Below are positions 8,523-17,657 of a stretch of DNA of 56,345 nucleotides, in pieces; position 1 is the first letter of the stretch, and every line of letters begins with the position of its first letter. The translations under genes were made by a program, and so were the position numbers. Under the pieces are notes generated by a model that made no database searches, was not told where the DNA came from, and saw only the letters and a program-made list of their open reading frames with translations. The stretch comes from an uncultured Candidatus Saccharibacteria bacterium (lineage in GTDB: Bacteria; Patescibacteriota; Minisyncoccia; Phycocordibacterales; CSBR16-119). The stretch lies in assembly GCA_964531475.1 (NCBI GenBank), contig CAZHCS010000004.1, forward strand, positions 1 through 56,345, written 5' to 3'.

Positions 8523-10154
8523 ATGCAACGCTCTACCACATTTAAAATCCTAATCGTACTAGCCGGCGTATTGGTCGTTGCGTTTTCGTGGATTCTCATA
8601 CGTGACGCACGCAACCGTCGTATCGAAAATACGCCACCTTACACCGGAATTGAAAACCCATTTGGTTTTGATGACACCGACGTCGATATCGATGGCGACC
8701 CAGCTGATCCAAGCACCGCTCCATCCGATGTCGATGGGGAAGCGCCGTCGCCGCAGCCGGGCCAGGGCGGAGGAATTGTTGTTATTCAGTCAGAAAAACC
8801 ACTCGTCAAACTTTCGGATGTGGCAGTCGCCGGGTATACGTTTGTTTCCAAAGAACGCATAATCGAAACGCCAGCCTCGACGACTCCGACCACTGGTATC
8901 GTCGAGACATATGATTTTTCTGGTTACAAGACCATACGCTTTGGTGACAAGACCGAAGAGGTTATTGCTATTAAAACAGTTTTAAATAGAGAGACGCCGT
9001 CGCCAGCACTTGTAATTTCCGACGAATACGACACTGACATGAAAAATGCGGTTGTCGATTTCCAGAATAAAAAAGGCCTCTCTGGAGATGGCGTTATTGG
9101 TCCCAAGACTTATCAGATGCTAAATGCTGCTCAGGGAATTACTGGTTTTTCTTCCGCACCAAAAAAAGACCCGGTTGAAGTTGTAGAATTTGTACGTTAC
9201 GTCGACGCGGGAAGCGGTATCATGTTTGATCAAACTATTCGTAAACAAGAAAAGGCTGTCGCCATAACCACAAGTCCAGTACCAGGCGTCGCCGAAGCCT
9301 TTTTTGACGCAACAGGAACAAAGGCCATACTGCGGTATTTGAAAGAAGGCGTTATCGAAACGTATCTTGTGTCTCTGGAATTCCCGACCATTGATCCAAA
9401 ACTATCAGCGGAAGAGCGAGCAAAGATAGATACGACCGCCAAGGTCTCTGGCGAATTTTTGCCACAAAATATACGGAGTCTCGATGTTTCGGCTGACAAA
9501 AAAAGTTTTGCTTTCTTGCAACCAGTCTCTGGCGGCGTTGCGCTTATGACGCAGAACTTTGCGACCAAACAAAAAAAACAAGTTTTTGAGTCTATGTTTA
9601 CTGACTGGCTTGTAGACTATGCGTCGGCAGGGAAGATTTCGCTCACGACCCGCGCGTCTGGACTGGTTGAAGGCTTTTCTTATTCGGTCGAGACTTCTGG
9701 CGGCGCCATGCGCAAATCGGTTGGCGGCCGTTTGGGTCTTACGGCGCTTATGTCACCGGACGGTAAAAAAGTTTTGGCTGCTGAATACAAAGACGGGGCG
9801 CTCGCGACAACAATTTTTGACCTAGCAAATGGCAAGGCGACCCCGGTTTCACCTTCGGCACTTCCGGAAAAATGTGTCTGGACGCTCGACTCATCTCATA
9901 TATATTGCGCCGCGCCAATTCGTAGTGTTTCTATGGTTTATCCAGACGATTGGTACAAGGGCTTGAACGGTTTTGACGACGCGATCTGGGATATTGAAGT
10001 TGCGGCTGGTATCGGTAATATCGTTTATGACATATTTGCAAAAACCAGCGAACGTATCGACGCAACCAACCTTTATCTAAATACTAGCGAAGACTTCCTA
10101 GGATTCATCAACAAGAATGATGGAATACTTTGGGGTTACGATTTAAATAAGTAG
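8523..10154 (+). CDS. membrane-anchored protein with PG_binding_1 domain and large beta-rich C-terminal domain
   Basis: N-terminal TM segment. Contains DTDMKNAVVDFQNKKGLSGDGVIGPKTYQMLN (peptidoglycan-binding motif). Last gene of the locus. Confidence 0.65.
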   Translation: MQRSTTFKILIVLAGVLVVAFSWILIRDARNRRIENTPPYTGIENPFGFDDTDVDIDGDPADPSTAPSDVDGEAPSPQPGQGGGIVVIQSEKPLVKLSDVAVAGYTFVSKERIIETPASTTPTTGIVETYDFSGYKTIRFGDKTEEVIAIKTVLNRETPSPALVISDEYDTDMKNAVVDFQNKKGLSGDGVIGPKTYQMLNAAQGITGFSSAPKKDPVEVVEFVRYVDAGSGIMFDQTIRKQEKAVAITTSPVPGVAEAFFDATGTKAILRYLKEGVIETYLVSLEFPTIDPKLSAEERAKIDTTAKVSGEFLPQNIRSLDVSADKKSFAFLQPVSGGVALMTQNFATKQKKQVFESMFTDWLVDYASAGKISLTTRASGLVEGFSYSVETSGGAMRKSVGGRLGLTALMSPDGKKVLAAEYKDGALATTIFDLANGKATPVSPSALPEKCVWTLDSSHIYCAAPIRSVSMVYPDDWYKGLNGFDDAIWDIEVAAGIGNIVYDIFAKTSERIDATNLYLNTSEDFLGFINKNDGILWGYDLNK

Positions 10155-10568
10155 TAGGTATTAGGTATTAAGGATTAAGGATGGGGCAGATTTCTGACTT
10201 TAGAGATTTGATTGCATGGAAAGATGGGCATAAGCTAGTACTTTTCATTTATGATGCGACTAAGAAATTCCCCAAAGAAGAAATCTACGGTTTGACGAGC
10301 CAAATGAGACGAGCAGTTGTATCAGTGACATCAAATATCGTAGAAGGTTTTGGTCGGCAGGGCTATAAAGAAAAGATACATTTTTATTACGTATCGCAAG
10401 GTTCCTTAATCGAATTGAAAAACCAAATAGAAATAGCAAAAGATGTCGGGTATCTATCGACGAAGGATTATGACCATGCCTTAGTATTAGCAAATCAGGC
10501 CCACAGATTGCTCCAGGGCCTGATTACTAGGTGTAAATCGTTTCTTAATACTTAATACCTAATACCTA
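10155..10568. repeat. perfect 18-bp inverted repeat bracketing the four-helix-bundle gene
   Basis: TAGGTATTAGGTATTAAG (10155-10172) is the exact reverse complement of CTTAATACCTAATACCTA (10551-10568). Confidence 0.85.
10181..10555 (+). CDS. four-helix-bundle protein (23S rRNA intervening-sequence protein family)
   Basis: 124 aa. Motifs FRDLIAWKDGHKLVLFIYDATKKFPKEEIYGLTSQMRRAVVSVTSNIVEG and YYVSQGSLIELKNQIEIA. Confidence 0.85.
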   Translation: MGQISDFRDLIAWKDGHKLVLFIYDATKKFPKEEIYGLTSQMRRAVVSVTSNIVEGFGRQGYKEKIHFYYVSQGSLIELKNQIEIAKDVGYLSTKDYDHALVLANQAHRLLQGLITRCKSFLNT

Positions 10569-10584
10569 ATACTTGCTACTATTT

Positions 10585-11169
10585 TTACTTTTTCGCTTTC
10601 GTCATTATCTTGTCGACGATGCCGTACTTCTTTGATTCCTCGGCATCCATCCAGTAGTCACGATCCACGTCCTTTTCGATACGCTCCACTTTTTGTCCGG
10701 TTGCGACAGAGAGCATTTTGTTCAATTTGTCTTTTACTTTCAATATATTTTGAGCGGTGATGGCGATATCGGATGCCTGGCCGGAGATGCCGCCGAGTGG
10801 CTGGTGAATCATAACTTCGGCGTTTGGAAGAGCATAACGTTTGCCCTTTTGCCCGTGAGCTAGCAAGAGCGCGCCGCCCGAGGCCGCGATACCGATGCAG
10901 ATGGTCGAAACGTCGGGCTTGATATGGTTCATGGCGTCTATCATGGCAAGAGTGCTGTGTACCGAGCCGCCTGGAGAATTGATATAAAGATAAATATCTT
11001 TTTTAGGATCTTCTGATTCAAGGAAGAGTAGCTGAGCGATGACGGTATTAGCCGTGCGGTCGTCTATTTCACCGGTCAAAAAGATTATCCGTTCGCGCAA
11101 GAGCCGCGAATAGATGTCGTAGGCACGTTCGCCAAACTGTGATTTTTCGATGACGGTTGGGATAAGCAT
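10585..11169 (-). CDS. clpP: ATP-dependent Clp protease proteolytic subunit
   Basis: [29 protein letters not shown], plus [11 protein letters not shown] (Ser) and MIHQP (His). Confidence 0.95.
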   Translation of the reverse strand: MLIPTVIEKSQFGERAYDIYSRLLRERIIFLTGEIDDRTANTVIAQLLFLESEDPKKDIYLYINSPGGSVHSTLAMIDAMNHIKPDVSTICIGIAASGGALLLAHGQKGKRYALPNAEVMIHQPLGGISGQASDIAITAQNILKVKDKLNKMLSVATGQKVERIEKDVDRDYWMDAEESKKYGIVDKIMTKAKK

Positions 11170-11291
11170 ATGAATGGGTGCTAGGCCGTAGGCACTAGGC
11201 GTTAGGTGGTAACGGAGACTATTAAACCATAAGGCTAAGCCTTTGACAAGCGACGTATTTATTGTTATCCTAATTTCAAAACACGCACCTC

Positions 11292-11609
11292 ATGAAGAAA
11301 ATGATTTTCTCGTTCACCCTCGTTTGCCTGGCTTTTGCCACCGTGCCCTTGGACGCAACAGCTGCACTTGTTGAAGAGCATGATGGGATATCTAGCCCCA
11401 TTGATGTGCCAGCCGACATTCCTCAAACGGACGAACGCGTGCCCGTCTACGCCGAACGGCCGGATGATGTCATCTTGCCTGTTCCAGTGCGGACTGGTGT
11501 ACTGATGCATCATGGTCGCACTATGCAGCCTGGTTCCGTGGTGGGTCGACAGACCCGCGTCCCATATCAGGTTGTGGCCCGTGTTAAGGGTAAGGGCGGC
11601 CGACGATGA
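11292..11609 (+). CDS. small secreted hypothetical protein
   Basis: Signal-like MKKMIFSFTLVCLAFATVPLDA, followed by a strong hairpin terminator. No homology recognised. Confidence 0.35.
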   Translation: MKKMIFSFTLVCLAFATVPLDATAALVEEHDGISSPIDVPADIPQTDERVPVYAERPDDVILPVPVRTGVLMHHGRTMQPGSVVGRQTRVPYQVVARVKGKGGRR

Positions 11610-11616
11610 GAACGAA

Positions 11617-11642
11617 AGAGCGCTTCCGAACGGAAGCGCTCT
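11617..11642. terminator. bidirectional intrinsic terminator (small ORF / tig)
   Basis: AGAGCGCTTCCG..CGGAAGCGCTCT perfect stem followed by a T-rich run. Confidence 0.75.
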
Positions 11643-11655
11643 TCTATTTTATTTT

Positions 11656-12729
11656 TTATTTCTGGCCTTCCAAGAATTTCATGACGGCCTCGTTCTGGAG
11701 AACGGAAGCGATGTATGCTCTTGCATGATCGGGTGCTACATCGGGGTAGAGCTCTACAACTTTCTTGAGCTCAGCCTCTATTTCTTCTGTCGACGGTTCT
11801 ATTTTTTCTTTTTTGGCTATCTCGAGAATTATGAGCTGCATAGCGGCACGTTTAGATGCGTCGCCACGAAGATCGTTTTTCATTATCTCGACAGTTTTTT
11901 GTGAAGCTTTTAGATAGTCGTCGAATGACATTCCCATTTGTTCGATATCAGCCTTCATTTTTTCTATAAGTTTTGCTGTTTCGGATTCGACAAGCACGTC
12001 CGGGATATCAATATTTGTAGCAGCGATCAACGCCTCCACGATTTCTGCTCGACGTTTGTCGGCGGCGCGACGTCGTTTATCAGCTTCCATATTGGCGCGA
12101 GCTTTGGTCTTGAAGTCTGCCAAGTCTTTGAAGTCGCCTAGCTTTGTGACAAATTCGTCAGTGAGTTCTGGAAGCGGCGCGTCGGCCGGAATATCGGCAC
12201 CCTCGCCATCCGGGCGGGCAAGCTTGGCTTCTTCTTGCGCGCGCATTTTTTGGAGGCTTTTCATGGCGGCGTCGAATTCTTCGTCGGAAATTGTAACGTC
12301 AGATGCGTTCGCAACTCCACTCGCTATCTTTTTATAGTCCGGAAGTGCGACATCTGGCACAGTCGCGACAACAATAGTAAATCCAAGCGGGCTACCTTTC
12401 CCGATTTTCGTGATATTGATACGCGGGTAACCTATGGCGTCGATCTTGTTTTCTGCAAGTATTTTTCCATACTGTGCGGACAAGGCCATCTGTGCCATTT
12501 CTTCCATCAGCGCCATATCGGAGACGTTTTTTTCGACGACGTTCATCGGGATATGGCCCGGACGGAAACCGTCGAGCTTTAGATGTTCGCCCAAGTGCTT
12601 GAGCGCCTTTTCGCGGAACGTCTCGAGGACGTCCGCCGCGATTTCGCCTTTGATTTCGACCAGCCCCTTTTCGAGTTTTTTGATTTCTGACATGTGCGTC
12701 ATATTAGCTATTTGAGATGGGATTGTCAA
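11656..12729 (-). CDS. tig: trigger factor (short form)
   Basis: The N-domain LVEIKGEIAADVLETFREKALKHLGEHLKLDGFRPGHIPMNVVEK is typical of TF. tig-clpP neighbourhood. TTG start preceded by AAGGA. An alternative ATG exists at 12693. Confidence 0.8.
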   Translation of the reverse strand: MTIPSQIANMTHMSEIKKLEKGLVEIKGEIAADVLETFREKALKHLGEHLKLDGFRPGHIPMNVVEKNVSDMALMEEMAQMALSAQYGKILAENKIDAIGYPRINITKIGKGSPLGFTIVVATVPDVALPDYKKIASGVANASDVTISDEEFDAAMKSLQKMRAQEEAKLARPDGEGADIPADAPLPELTDEFVTKLGDFKDLADFKTKARANMEADKRRRAADKRRAEIVEALIAATNIDIPDVLVESETAKLIEKMKADIEQMGMSFDDYLKASQKTVEIMKNDLRGDASKRAAMQLIILEIAKKEKIEPSTEEIEAELKKVVELYPDVAPDHARAYIASVLQNEAVMKFLEGQK

Positions 12730-12786
12730 AAGGTGTTCCTTGACGGGCGATTAAGAAAGGTGTATTTTTTCTGAAAACCTAAGCAC

Positions 12787-13131
12787 ATGAAAGCCAAGAA
12801 ACTTCCCACTGCTCCTATAACCTCTGCCGATAGCCTGTATTCGATGTTCAAAAATGATAAGGACCTTCCGGCGACAAAAGAGGAAGCACAGGTTGTTTTA
12901 GAAAGGGCACCTAAGGCTTGGAGAGGGAAAGAGCTCGTATTCCCAAGAGTGTATAGTCGCGGTGCGAATACTCCGGGTGGAAGTCAGATGGAGCCCTCCA
13001 AGATATTGATGGCTTGGTGGGATAAGTCTGATAAGCAATGGAAATTTAGTTCTCTGACAACAGAGTACCATAGAGGTGTGGCTCCCGACTTTGTTAACGT
13101 GAACTCTATCATACCTCAACGGGTACAATGA
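12787..13131 (+). CDS. hypothetical protein
   Basis: 114-aa ORF followed by a strong terminator. Confidence 0.45.
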   Translation: MKAKKLPTAPITSADSLYSMFKNDKDLPATKEEAQVVLERAPKAWRGKELVFPRVYSRGANTPGGSQMEPSKILMAWWDKSDKQWKFSSLTTEYHRGVAPDFVNVNSIIPQRVQ

Positions 13132-13142
13132 ACCTTCAAAGC

Positions 13143-13167
13143 AAAAAGCCCCTCGCGGGGCTTTTTT
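13143..13167 (+). terminator. intrinsic terminator
   Basis: AAAAAGCCCC-TCGC-GGGGCTTTTTT. Confidence 0.8.
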
Positions 13168-13253
13168 GCTGGAAGATTTTTTATGTAACATTCGCTTGGA
13201 CGGTCGTCCAGATAAATGTTACATGCGAATTCTTTTGATTCTCTAGCTTTAAA

Positions 13254-13796
13254 TTACTTCTTCCCAAATTTTTCTTCGTAGAGCTTCACCGATTTCTCGA
13301 CTGCTGCGAGCGCAACCGCTTTGTCCTTAATGCCGCCGATGGTGACAATGCCTTTTTCGCCTTTCTTCAATTCCTTGTACGTCTCAAAGAAGTGGACGAA
13401 TTCTTTTAGGTTGTGCTTGTTGATGTCAGCCAAATCCTGCACATCATCCCAACGCTTGTCGTCGACAGGCACCGCGATGACTTTGTAATCGGATTCGCCG
13501 CCGTCGATCATTTCCATGACCGCAACCGGACGGACGCGGACGAGAATGCCGACGTTCAGCGGGAATGTCGTAAGGACGATTACGTCGAGCGCGTCACCAT
13601 CATCCCAGAGCGTCTGCGGCACAAAGCCGTAGTCGAACGGATAGGGAGCCGATGAGTAGTTTGCGCGATCGAGTGCGATGAGGCCGGTCTCTTTGTCGAT
13701 CTCGTACTTGTTCGGAGAATTTTTCGGGATCTCGATGATGACGTTCACTTCCGCGGGAATGTTGTTTCCGCGGGATACTTCGTGCCACAAATTCAT
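13254..13796 (-). CDS. ppa: inorganic pyrophosphatase (family I)
   Basis: NVIIEIPKNSPNKYEIDKETGLIALDR, YPFDYGFVPQTLWDDGDALDVIVL. Confidence 0.95.
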   Translation of the reverse strand: MNLWHEVSRGNNIPAEVNVIIEIPKNSPNKYEIDKETGLIALDRANYSSAPYPFDYGFVPQTLWDDGDALDVIVLTTFPLNVGILVRVRPVAVMEMIDGGESDYKVIAVPVDDKRWDDVQDLADINKHNLKEFVHFFETYKELKKGEKGIVTIGGIKDKAVALAAVEKSVKLYEEKFGKK

Positions 13797-13838
13797 AGTT
13801 TGAGTAAGTAGAAAGTAGTAAGTAGAAAGTATGACGGA

Positions 13839-15146
13839 CTAGTCTTCTTTCTTTTCTTCAGGTTCGGTCACAACCTCTTCAGTCGAAGTTTCTTCAACAG
13901 GGGTTTCGACTGCTGCTTCGACGACCTCTTCGACAATGTCTTCTACAGGAACATCTTTAGTTTCTTCCACCGGTTCTTCGTCAGCGACAGCGCTATCGCC
14001 ATTGCCCTTTATATCAATGCGGTAGCCAGTGAGCTTGGCGGCCAAGCGGACATTTTGTCCGCCTTTGCCGATGGCGAGCGAGAGCTGATCGTCAGCGACC
14101 TCTATAGATGCAGACATTTCTTCAGGCTTTATTTCAATGCCAAGTATTTTGGCAGGTGAAAGAGATGCCGCTACAAATTCTGAAGGCTCATTGCTCCATT
14201 CGATAATATCGATCTTTTCTCCCGATAGTTCGTTCATGACTGCGCTAACTCTAGAGCCGCGCTGGCCGACACAGGCACCAATCGGATCGACATTGCTTTC
14301 GTGTGAATAGACGGCGATCTTTGAGCGGCTACCAGCTTCGCGAGCGATGGATTTGATCTCGACTACGCCGGACGCGATTTCTGGAGATTCTACGGCAAAG
14401 AGAGATTCCAAGAAACGTGGGTGAGAGCGTGAGAGTTGCAAGACGACTCCGCGCGGCGTTTCTTCGACAGCCAATAAGCGCGCTTTGACTCGCTGGCCCT
14501 GCATAAAGCGCTCGCCGAAAATCTGTTCTTCGCGGGCGAGAATACCGGTCGCTCGGTGGAAGTCGACAAAAATGACTCCGCGTTCGACTTTCTGGACGTT
14601 GCCAGTGACGATATCGCCTTCACGTCCGCCGTATTCTTCCATGACTGCACCACGCTCGGCTTCGCGAATGCGTTGAATGATAACCTGCTTTGCGGTTTGT
14701 GCGGCAATACGGCCGAAATCATCTTTAAGTTCAAGAGGGAAGATTATTTCTTCGCCAAGTTCTGCACCTTTTTTGATCATTCGAGCATCAGCGATTAGCA
14801 AATGCTTTTCTGGGTTGTAGGCTGGCAATGGTTCCGGTTCGTTTGGGTCGCGGACAATAACCGGATCAAACCGGCTTGGTCGGCGCTCTTCGTCTGGCTC
14901 CGCCTCTTCGCCTTCGGCCAAAAAGCGCACCGTCGATTCGTCGACGACGATTTTAACCTGGTAGAATTCCATTCCGCCAGAATCTAGGTCTAAATTGACC
15001 CTTATAATTTGCCCTTTTTTACCGTAGTCTTTTTTGTAGGCTGCGGCGAGCGATTGCTCGATTGCGTCTATTATTTTTTCTCGCGGAATCTTCTTCTCCT
15101 CTTCAAGCTGCACAAGTGCGGCTTTCAATGCTTTCAAATCTAACAT
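13839..15146 (-). CDS. nusA: transcription termination/antitermination factor NusA
   Basis: N-terminus LVQLEEEKKIPREKIIDAIEQSLAAAYKK, then S1 and two KH-like segments (GACVGQRGSRV, AIGKGGQNVRLA) and an acidic tail. Confidence 0.95.
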   Translation of the reverse strand: MLDLKALKAALVQLEEEKKIPREKIIDAIEQSLAAAYKKDYGKKGQIIRVNLDLDSGGMEFYQVKIVVDESTVRFLAEGEEAEPDEERRPSRFDPVIVRDPNEPEPLPAYNPEKHLLIADARMIKKGAELGEEIIFPLELKDDFGRIAAQTAKQVIIQRIREAERGAVMEEYGGREGDIVTGNVQKVERGVIFVDFHRATGILAREEQIFGERFMQGQRVKARLLAVEETPRGVVLQLSRSHPRFLESLFAVESPEIASGVVEIKSIAREAGSRSKIAVYSHESNVDPIGACVGQRGSRVSAVMNELSGEKIDIIEWSNEPSEFVAASLSPAKILGIEIKPEEMSASIEVADDQLSLAIGKGGQNVRLAAKLTGYRIDIKGNGDSAVADEEPVEETKDVPVEDIVEEVVEAAVETPVEETSTEEVVTEPEEKKED

Positions 15147-15177
15147 ATTCGGTTGTTATTAAATTTTCTACTAAAAA

Positions 15178-15195
15178 GTCCTGGGTACCCAGGAC
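15178..15195 (-). terminator. terminator-like hairpin inside the nusA 5' leader (possible attenuator)
   Basis: Perfect palindrome GTCCTGGGTACCCAGGAC, followed on the minus strand by UUUUU. Lies 31 nt upstream of the nusA ATG. Confidence 0.55.
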
Positions 15196-15207
15196 AATGA
15201 CAAGAAG

Positions 15208-15236
15208 ATAATAATCTTTTTCTTCTATTTTGTCAA
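15208..15236 (-). promoter_or_regulatory. sigma70-type promoter for nusA
   Basis: Minus strand reads TTGACA (15236-15231), 17 nt spacer, TATTAT (15213-15208). Confidence 0.6.
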
Positions 15237-15332
15237 AGTTATCCACACGGAAATGAATCGATAGTAATAAGTGCGGAATGTTCGGTGGTATTATTAATTC
15301 AACAATTATTTAGCATAATCGCGATTATTTTT

Positions 15333-15620
15333 ATGGATGCACAAGCGCACAAATCTAGCTGGTGGTGGTATGTCCTCTTGGGACTCATCGTGTTCATCGT
15401 CATCATTCTCATCATCGACAAGAAAAATCGCGGCCAAAGCGTGAGCGAACGCCAGAATATGATTATAGAAGACCTGCGCGCCCGATACGAAGGATCTATG
15501 CAAGCGACTCCAGAAGAACAGAACCGCATTTTGACAGAAGTTCGCTCCAGCAGTTCTTCAAATCCTGCGTCTTCTTATGACCAGGACATGATAATCCAAA
15601 GCATAAGAGAGAATCGCTAA
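15333..15620 (+). CDS. small single-pass membrane protein, hypothetical
   Basis: ATG at 15333 is preferred over the listed GTG at 15285. Contains WWWYVLLGLIVFIVIILII (TM). Confidence 0.4.
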   Translation: MDAQAHKSSWWWYVLLGLIVFIVIILIIDKKNRGQSVSERQNMIIEDLRARYEGSMQATPEEQNRILTEVRSSSSSNPASSYDQDMIIQSIRENR

Positions 15621-15627
15621 GAGCGTT

Positions 15628-17574
15628 ATGATAAAGGCATTTTTCGCACAACATAAGGCACTTGTAGTAAGCATAGCTTTCGCGTTGGCGCTTTTTGGCA
15701 CAGCTCATTTTATCCAAAAGGCTGATGCTCAGGGCGTTGGCATCGGTATTGGCGGTGGTGCTGGCGGTGGGGGCGGTGCCGGAGGAGGTGTTGCACCGAC
15801 CGCGCTCGTTCCTGGCGACGTTTATGGCTGGGCTTGGATGGGGCAGGATATCAAAAATGCTGGTGTTTCCGAAGGCGGCGGCGGGTGGCTTAACCTTAAC
15901 TGTAAACAGAACAATTGCGGCGCCGCTGGTACCGGTGACGATTGGGGCACCAAGATTCGTCTTGTGCATGACGAAAATTACGGACTTTTCACTGGACACG
16001 GCTGGAGCAGCTATTATGGCTGGCTCTCTTTTGAATATGATGACGTCGAAACCTGCTGGCAGGGCAATCCTTTCGTCGTTCCACAGACGCCAGCTAAAGC
16101 GACGCTTGATAACCCAGGACCATGGGTGCCGGTTGTCGGCTGGGGCAAATTCGTAGCAGGTGACACAGAACCAAACGATGGTTGGGACGGTTGCGTCTCG
16201 TTTTCTGGCGTAAATCATGGCGTCGAGGTCAACAAGACGACCGGAGTTTTGCGTGGCTGGGCATGGGGAGGCCCAGTGACGGGCTGGGTCAGCTTCGCAA
16301 ACCCTGAATGCCCTTTCTGTAATACTGGAGTCGTTCTCGAAGGCTCGACCTCGATCGCTTTTTGGGCTGACAATACTATGCCGACTAACGGCGCGACGAC
16401 GCTTCGCTGGCAGGCGACCAACACTGCGCCGAATTATGTCGCTGAGTGTCTTTCATACGGCAACACAAGCAACTACACTCACTGGCGTTCAACTGGTCTT
16501 GGCGCAACTGACAATGTCGGCGCCATTAACACTGGAAATGGCAAATTGCCAAGTGGTTCGCACGCCATCAGTGGTGTAAATCAGACGACGACGTACTCAC
16601 TCACGTGTCGTGACCGAAACGGCGTAACCTTGCCGACTCAGTACGTCACGATTTTCCGCAACGGACTCTGTACAGATCCTGCCGCGAACAACGTCGGCGG
16701 CCCACTTCCGTGTACTTATGATGCCGGTGTTTGTAACGACCCAACAGCAGACAACTTTGGTCAGCCGCTTCCTTGTACATATGACAACAACTCTGACCCA
16801 GCAACAATCTCGCTCGATATTGATCAAACAATCTTCTACGACAACGCCGCGAACTTTAACACCGCACTCGATTGGTATTCGCCGGACAACCTCGACTCTT
16901 GTGTCGGTAGCTTCATGGTGGGCGGCATCAGTACGAACTTGGCCGGATGGAGCGGCAACCGTGCAAGCCCAGATGTCTCGAACTATGTTGGCCACAACAC
17001 GGCGTTTAGTACGCTCTTGTCCAACGCAACTGCGCCACAGACTTACACATTCAGGATCACCTGTCAGGACGATAACAACAATCCTGTCACTGACACCGCA
17101 ACCGTCAACTTGCTCCCGTACGTGCCTTCGTTCGAGGCTCCAGTCGTCGAGCTTGAAATTATTACTCCGAACGTTCAGCCAGTAGGCTTGCAGAGGGAAG
17201 ATGTAGCTCCATCTCCGTCAGATATCCCAGACAGCATCACTGTTCGTTGGAATGCACTCAACGTGAATAGTTGTGTTGCAACATCGAGTATCTACGAAAT
17301 CACCGGCAATAACATCGTATCTACGAACACTTCATGGAACGGCGCAAAATCCGACGAAGGTGCGTACACCGATATGCTCGATATAACCAACGACGCCGTG
17401 CGCATGCCGACGAAGTTCTTCATCACTTGTACCGCCGATGACCCTGGCTTTACGGCCGGCAACTTCGGACCGACCCAGATTCGCCGTGAAGTCTGTATGG
17501 GACTTTTGGGCGCGTCGTTCCCAGCGTGTTCGGTCACTGGTACAGGCAACGTGCCGAGTTATCAGGAAATATAA
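15628..17574 (+). CDS. large secreted protein: Gly-rich N-region, repeated GWAW..GW(L/V)SF units, Cys-containing tandem motif
   Basis: Signal/TM N-terminus. Repeats YGWAWMG / YYGWLSF / RGWAWGGPVTGWVSF. Tandem CTDPAANNVGGPLPCTYD / CNDPTADNFGQPLPCTYD. Confidence 0.7.
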   Translation: MIKAFFAQHKALVVSIAFALALFGTAHFIQKADAQGVGIGIGGGAGGGGGAGGGVAPTALVPGDVYGWAWMGQDIKNAGVSEGGGGWLNLNCKQNNCGAAGTGDDWGTKIRLVHDENYGLFTGHGWSSYYGWLSFEYDDVETCWQGNPFVVPQTPAKATLDNPGPWVPVVGWGKFVAGDTEPNDGWDGCVSFSGVNHGVEVNKTTGVLRGWAWGGPVTGWVSFANPECPFCNTGVVLEGSTSIAFWADNTMPTNGATTLRWQATNTAPNYVAECLSYGNTSNYTHWRSTGLGATDNVGAINTGNGKLPSGSHAISGVNQTTTYSLTCRDRNGVTLPTQYVTIFRNGLCTDPAANNVGGPLPCTYDAGVCNDPTADNFGQPLPCTYDNNSDPATISLDIDQTIFYDNAANFNTALDWYSPDNLDSCVGSFMVGGISTNLAGWSGNRASPDVSNYVGHNTAFSTLLSNATAPQTYTFRITCQDDNNNPVTDTATVNLLPYVPSFEAPVVELEIITPNVQPVGLQREDVAPSPSDIPDSITVRWNALNVNSCVATSSIYEITGNNIVSTNTSWNGAKSDEGAYTDMLDITNDAVRMPTKFFITCTADDPGFTAGNFGPTQIRREVCMGLLGASFPACSVTGTGNVPSYQEI

Positions 17575-17657
17575 TGCCTCGTTTTCCACATATGTATGGA
17601 TAAAAGTGAAAACGGAATAAGTAAGTGAGATATTATTAAAGGAGTTTATTAAACATT

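Noticed and set aside
13183-13224. 42-nt palindrome ATGTAACATT..GGACG-GT-CGTCC..AATGTTACAT downstream of ppa, considered as the ppa terminator.
   Set aside because: On the ppa (minus) strand an A-run, not a U-run, follows it. It may be a protein-binding site or a stability element, but nothing supports a specific call.
15496-16218. 240-aa minus-strand ORF overlapping the start of the large secreted protein gene.
   Set aside because: It is antisense to two co-directional genes and crosses their intergenic gap. There are no supporting signals.
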